Shown: positions 23,771-27,870 of the stretch, piece by piece | How positions within the stretch are numbered: the first letter of the stretch is position 1 | Layout: every line of letters begins with the position of its first letter | Source of the DNA: a virus | Taxonomy: Duplodnaviria > Caudoviricetes | DNA: 27,870 nucleotides | Virus record (IMG/VR): IMGVR_UViG_3300011338_000581 | Coordinates: 1-27,870 of that record | Direction: 5' to 3' (one strand) | The notes under the pieces: model-generated | What the model saw: the letters and a program-made list of their open reading frames with translations, nothing else | What the model was told of the DNA's origin: nothing | Databases searched by the model: none | Program-made: the position numbers and the translations under genes

Positions 23771-26118
23771 TACCCACCCGGCCCCGGTACATAAGTGGTT
23801 ACACCCGATTTGTATATACCCTTGTATACACACTGCCGGAGCGTAAAGGTGTTATCGGTAACCTGCTCCTTGATGAACTGCATCTGCGGGATGCTGACAA
23901 CCTGATAAGTGCCAAGAACCTCCGGTGGGTCAAGCGGATTATTTGGGTCTGACTCTTCAAGAATCTCAACCACATCACCAATCCAGACCACGTTTAGATG
24001 GTTATTGACATCAAGGTAAGTCAGGAGGTCAGACTCCCACTCGATGAGCTGCCGCCCATTTATGAGCCGGTCACCAAGAAGTTCGGCTGCCTGATCTACA
24101 GCGTTTTGACTGGTTAGGGATGGTTCACTCAAGATGTACTCAACTGGCCGTCCTCGCCAGTTCTGTGGCCTTGCAGATGGTGCATAGGTTGGGTCTTGGC
24201 TGTTTACATCAACGTACGCAAAGTTGTAGAGCAGTTGGTTGGTTTTAGGGTCTGCGCCAATCACGGCAATCTGGTTTGCTTCCGGTGATTCAAAGTAGCG
24301 CTTCATGTTACGAACCGTGCGCTTTGCTCCCTGAGCTGCTGTATACGAACCGTATGCAATGGCATCATAAGTAGACTGGTAAAGGGTAACGGCGATGGCA
24401 TTACCTACGCTTGCCGGGTCTGAGATTGCAAGCATATAACCACCCACCGGGGTACCGAGCGCCGTAGGCTTCCAGCCCATAAAGAAGTTGGCTAGATAGG
24501 TATCACGGAACTGCTGAAGGACACCACCGGGGTAGTCTCCACGCTTAGGTATGAAGGCATAGCCAGCCTTGGATATCTCTGCGCTCTGCGGCACGGTAAA
24601 AGTACTACTGTGATTCTGCTGTAGGTAGATTGCCGGATCATATCCAGCCATCGGCATGATGTTGTAGAACACTTCACCAATCGAATCACCATCAAGCGGT
24701 ATAGACTCTTGACACATAGAAACATCAAAGTCACCAAAGCGGTCTTCACCACTATAGCGGAGCAGGCTAAACTGCGGGCCACCCTCGCCCGGTTCATAGA
24801 TGATTTCTGGTGGGCTTAGTGTTCCACGGAATAGGTCTACCCATTGTTTTGTTGCATGGTTTGACTTCAGCTGTATTGCAATCGGTCTGTCACCGGTAAT
24901 GGTTGGCTGAGATACACCAAGGTCAATCAACCTCTTTACACGGGTGGTCATCTCAAGACCGGTTCTGCCATCTTCACCAAGCGATAGGCTCAAAGATTCT
25001 ACGGCTGTTGTGATGTCTACCTGATGCCCTAGCGCCGTGCTTGAGTAATCCGGATCCATCCAACCATCAGAGCAGTACAACCCGCTATTGGTACCACCGG
25101 ATGCAGCAGTATAGGCAACCTTGACGCGTACGTTCTTCCGTGTGCCGTTAGGTACAAACGCAGGGTATCCAGCAACGTCTTCCACGATGGAAGCGGTTAG
25201 CGTTGGGTAGGTAGCACCCTGACCAAAGTACTCATGATACGTCTGGAAAGTTGGCGTGTTCCAATCCCCAACCGTTGGGGCATAGCGGAACACCTTAGGG
25301 GCACCAAGGATGTAACCAGACTGCTCAAAGAAACACCGTGCACACTGGAAGGTAATCTTGCCGTTAGGAACCACAACACTAAACGTGCCAGCAGGAAGGA
25401 TTGGTGCAGTAGCAATATCGTTTGGGTAGTCGAGATTCTCAAACGTATGGCTTAGACACGTCCCGTTATCTGTCCAAATCAAAAGCTCACGACCACGGAA
25501 GGGTATCAATAAAACGTTGACGTACTTTTGTGCCGGGTTGAAGATACTTGTGTATGTCCTGGCGCTCGAAAAGTTGGAACCTGAGCGGTCGTATTCTTTT
25601 TGCAGCACACCGTTGCGGAAGATAGCAATGGAACCATTGTCTCTAAATTTGACCTGTACGCTGAAGTTATTGGGCGCAGACCCACCAGCACCAACGTTGT
25701 AGCCAAGCACCAAGAAAACATCATCACCAGATTCCTGCACACTGTTCCGGTAATACTTGAAGTACATCGGACAATTAGCCGGGAGTGCCGTAGTAAGGTT
25801 GATAGGGTTGGTCGATGTCGATAGCTGCTTGAGCCCTTTATCGTTGACACTCTTGGATATCGCTAACTGATGCCACTTGGCAATGTCTGTGCCTGTAAAG
25901 TCACTGATGCCGTATCTAGCGTAGTTGCCAGTAAAGGTGGACTTCCATGCGGTTGTAAGCGGTAGAGGCTTCAGCATGACCGTAGATGTACAAGGGTCAA
26001 TCCAAACGTTCTCGGACTTTGTGTAGTCCCATGTACTACCGTCAGCACCAACAGCAAGCCTACCCTTGTATGGGCGTGGCTCGCTGATGTCCATGATTAC
26101 CCGCATCTGTCCTGCCAT
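23770..26118 (-). CDS. Minor tail / baseplate hub-like protein
   Basis: Directly follows the tape measure (TAATG overlap). C-terminal L.SQ.....AA..L...GDVV pattern typical of hub/Tal proteins. Confidence 0.7.
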   Translation of the reverse strand: MAGQMRVIMDISEPRPYKGRLAVGADGSTWDYTKSENVWIDPCTSTVMLKPLPLTTAWKSTFTGNYARYGISDFTGTDIAKWHQLAISKSVNDKGLKQLSTSTNPINLTTALPANCPMYFKYYRNSVQESGDDVFLVLGYNVGAGGSAPNNFSVQVKFRDNGSIAIFRNGVLQKEYDRSGSNFSSARTYTSIFNPAQKYVNVLLIPFRGRELLIWTDNGTCLSHTFENLDYPNDIATAPILPAGTFSVVVPNGKITFQCARCFFEQSGYILGAPKVFRYAPTVGDWNTPTFQTYHEYFGQGATYPTLTASIVEDVAGYPAFVPNGTRKNVRVKVAYTAASGGTNSGLYCSDGWMDPDYSSTALGHQVDITTAVESLSLSLGEDGRTGLEMTTRVKRLIDLGVSQPTITGDRPIAIQLKSNHATKQWVDLFRGTLSPPEIIYEPGEGGPQFSLLRYSGEDRFGDFDVSMCQESIPLDGDSIGEVFYNIMPMAGYDPAIYLQQNHSSTFTVPQSAEISKAGYAFIPKRGDYPGGVLQQFRDTYLANFFMGWKPTALGTPVGGYMLAISDPASVGNAIAVTLYQSTYDAIAYGSYTAAQGAKRTVRNMKRYFESPEANQIAVIGADPKTNQLLYNFAYVDVNSQDPTYAPSARPQNWRGRPVEYILSEPSLTSQNAVDQAAELLGDRLINGRQLIEWESDLLTYLDVNNHLNVVWIGDVVEILEESDPNNPLDPPEVLGTYQVVSIPQMQFIKEQVTDNTFTLRQCVYKGIYKSGVTTYVPGPGG

Positions 26119-27716
26119 TAGCGCACCGGCATTCCCTGTCCACCATTAACGGCGAACAGTATATTGTTTTGAATCATGTCTTTGATACCACGGGTTACCA
26201 TCGTGTCTCCCCGGATTGGCTTGACCTTGGTTATCTCACTACGGTATTGCATACCCATACCTGCAAGCTCTGCACCAGTGATGCCTAAGCGTCCCATCTC
26301 ACCACCGCCGAGCGTCTGCCGTCGGAGATCTAACAGGTCGGCTGACTTCTTGGTATTGGATTCAATCTTTTGAAGATGACTTTTCACATCCTTGGTATCT
26401 TTGTCCTGCTTCATCTTTGACTCAGCACCAAAGGGTAACAAAGCACGGGCAGCGTTTACCGTTGCGCCAGTTTTTTTGGCTTCGAGAGCAAAACGGAATG
26501 TCTCGAAATCCTTCATGACGTTTCCGGTTTCGCCTGTAGTTTTGCCAGTGACATCTAGTAATCGAAATGGTGCGGTCAATAGTGTTGCACTACGTGAACC
26601 AATCCGTTGTAGGCTTCCAAGGAACGTCTGATCTTTACTTACTGCGTTCCATTCTTTGATTATATATGACAAGTTTCGTGGCAGAACATTTGCCATAGAT
26701 GCCAACACGGCAAGTATATCTAAGAAAACAGACTTTACATCACCACCAATACCAGCCAACTCTTTTAGTGGTTTCATCATCTGCTCTGCAAAAAGTTGTG
26801 GGAACTGACTATCTGAAATTGTCTTGAATATCTCACCTATGCCAATCAAAAAGGGCTTCAGCGCATTGTTTGTAGTCTCACCGAATGACCGCTGAATCAT
26901 CTGCATGGAGTCGGTAATCGTTGCTTCCATGGCTTGCGTGGTTTCAGCTGACTTCTTTATAGCACCGGAAAACTTCTCATTGATAATGCGTTCAAAGGCA
27001 AGCATCGTTTGTTCTGCGGAGCTGATAAGGCTTCCTTGATTATCAAACTTGATTCCTTGTTTTCGCAGGTCTCCTTTGCTTACACCCATTGCCCCCATGG
27101 TTTCAAGTTCAGGAAGTTGCCCCTGCTTTAGCATATTGAAGCCACGGACATACTGCATTAGTTTCTCTTGATCGGCTCCCATTGCCTGACCAAGTTTTGT
27201 AATCATCGGAAGGACACGTTCGACGTTCTGACCAAAGGCGGCAAGGTTGACCATTGCCATCTCAAGTTGTTGAGTCGTGAACATAGAAGGCCCGGCTTCC
27301 TTAGCGGCTAACGCAAGCATCTCCTGCGCTCTTGATGCCGACCCGGTCAAACCTTCAAGCCGTGCTTTCATGGCTTCAAACTCGATGCCAGCTGCACGGC
27401 TATTGAATAACATCTGATATGAGGCTACCGATATAGATGTCAAGGCTGCGGCATAAGCGGCAAAGGCAACTACACCAGCACCAGCAATACCTATGCCTGC
27501 GGCCATTGCAGGGGAAAGGCTGGCGTACGCTTTGCCAACGTTTGATAAAGCATTGGATACATTGATGCCTGCAATCTCAAAGTCATCAAATGGCTTCTTG
27601 GCATCCTTGGCGGCAGCCCCGGTTTTCTTTAGTTCTTTCTCGGTGTCGTTGAGTTTCCGTTTGACTTCATCGCCACCTTGAGCCGAAAGTTTTACCACGA
27701 GTTCTGCGACTGTCAT
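26118..27716 (-). CDS. Tail tape measure protein
   Basis: MTVAEL.VKL N-terminus, FE.....LEGLTGS...A.EML......PSMF tape-measure domain, Ala/Gly-rich helical composition. Confidence 0.9.
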   Translation of the reverse strand: MTVAELVVKLSAQGGDEVKRKLNDTEKELKKTGAAAKDAKKPFDDFEIAGINVSNALSNVGKAYASLSPAMAAGIGIAGAGVVAFAAYAAALTSISVASYQMLFNSRAAGIEFEAMKARLEGLTGSASRAQEMLALAAKEAGPSMFTTQQLEMAMVNLAAFGQNVERVLPMITKLGQAMGADQEKLMQYVRGFNMLKQGQLPELETMGAMGVSKGDLRKQGIKFDNQGSLISSAEQTMLAFERIINEKFSGAIKKSAETTQAMEATITDSMQMIQRSFGETTNNALKPFLIGIGEIFKTISDSQFPQLFAEQMMKPLKELAGIGGDVKSVFLDILAVLASMANVLPRNLSYIIKEWNAVSKDQTFLGSLQRIGSRSATLLTAPFRLLDVTGKTTGETGNVMKDFETFRFALEAKKTGATVNAARALLPFGAESKMKQDKDTKDVKSHLQKIESNTKKSADLLDLRRQTLGGGEMGRLGITGAELAGMGMQYRSEITKVKPIRGDTMVTRGIKDMIQNNILFAVNGGQGMPVR

Positions 27717-27870
27717 AGCACCCTACCTTGTAGACTTTTGATGAGGGCTTCCCACCGTGCATTGTCCATCTTGTCTTGATGCCTGCCAGCCCAGACCACT
27801 TCGTATACCTGCCCCATAGATAAATCAAGCTCGGAAGGATGCCGACCTAACCTGTTCACGGAGTAGTGGA
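27713..27870 (-). CDS. Partial ORF, probable tail assembly chaperone C-terminal (gpT-like) segment
   Basis: Manual translation HYSVNRLGRHPSELDLSMGQVYEVVWAGRHQDKMDNARWEALIKSLQGRVL*; ATGA overlap with the TMP start. Confidence 0.6.
   Translation of the reverse strand, partial: HYSVNRLGRHPSELDLSMGQVYEVVWAGRHQDKMDNARWEALIKSLQGRVL

Noticed and set aside
23771-23833. Upstream start for the 989-aa tail ORF
   Set aside because: It lies within the preceding gene; the TAATG-coupled ATG at 23770 is more plausible.
1-27870. CRISPR array, DGR, intron/intein, integrase/att, alternative genetic code
   Set aside because: No spaced repeats, reverse transcriptase, splicing motifs or recombinase were seen, and genes tile densely in the standard code using all three stops. 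A by-eye scan could miss degenerate cases.

Overview
A ~28 kb piece of a tailed dsDNA phage genome, probably a siphovirus; the host is unknown. The window appears circularly permuted. Right end (minus strand): tail-chaperone remnant, tape measure, two large tail proteins and a CHAP endolysin. Centre: a divergent early switch at ~18.5 kb. Rightward of it lie two small acidic ORFs, an ERF annealase and a Gam/Gp157-like gene. Leftward lie an XRE HTH, a phage sigma70-family factor, VRR-NUC, RepB-like primase, PriCT-AAA helicase, an SSB-like gene, DUF3310, three tandem DUF2829/Tad2-like genes, ParB-like and a C5 MTase. Left part (minus strand): terS-like, N6/N4 MTase, terL, a moron, portal, MuF, HK97 protease, major capsid, head-tail genes, holin-like genes and the start of a beta-helix spike. 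No integrase, tRNA or CRISPR array was seen. Strongest unusual signals: (1) a canonical -1 slippery site plus hairpin that would fuse portal to MuF; (2) an exact TGTGGGATACT-N6-ATG motif before three head genes, suggesting leaderless late mRNAs; (3) a candidate ~72-nt sRNA whose loop is complementary to the GGAGATA ribosome-binding site shared by six early/middle genes; (4) a triplicated Tad2-like sponge array including an HTH fusion; (5) a TATAC-N7-GTATA operator regulon. All family assignments are by-eye motif recognition, not database searches.
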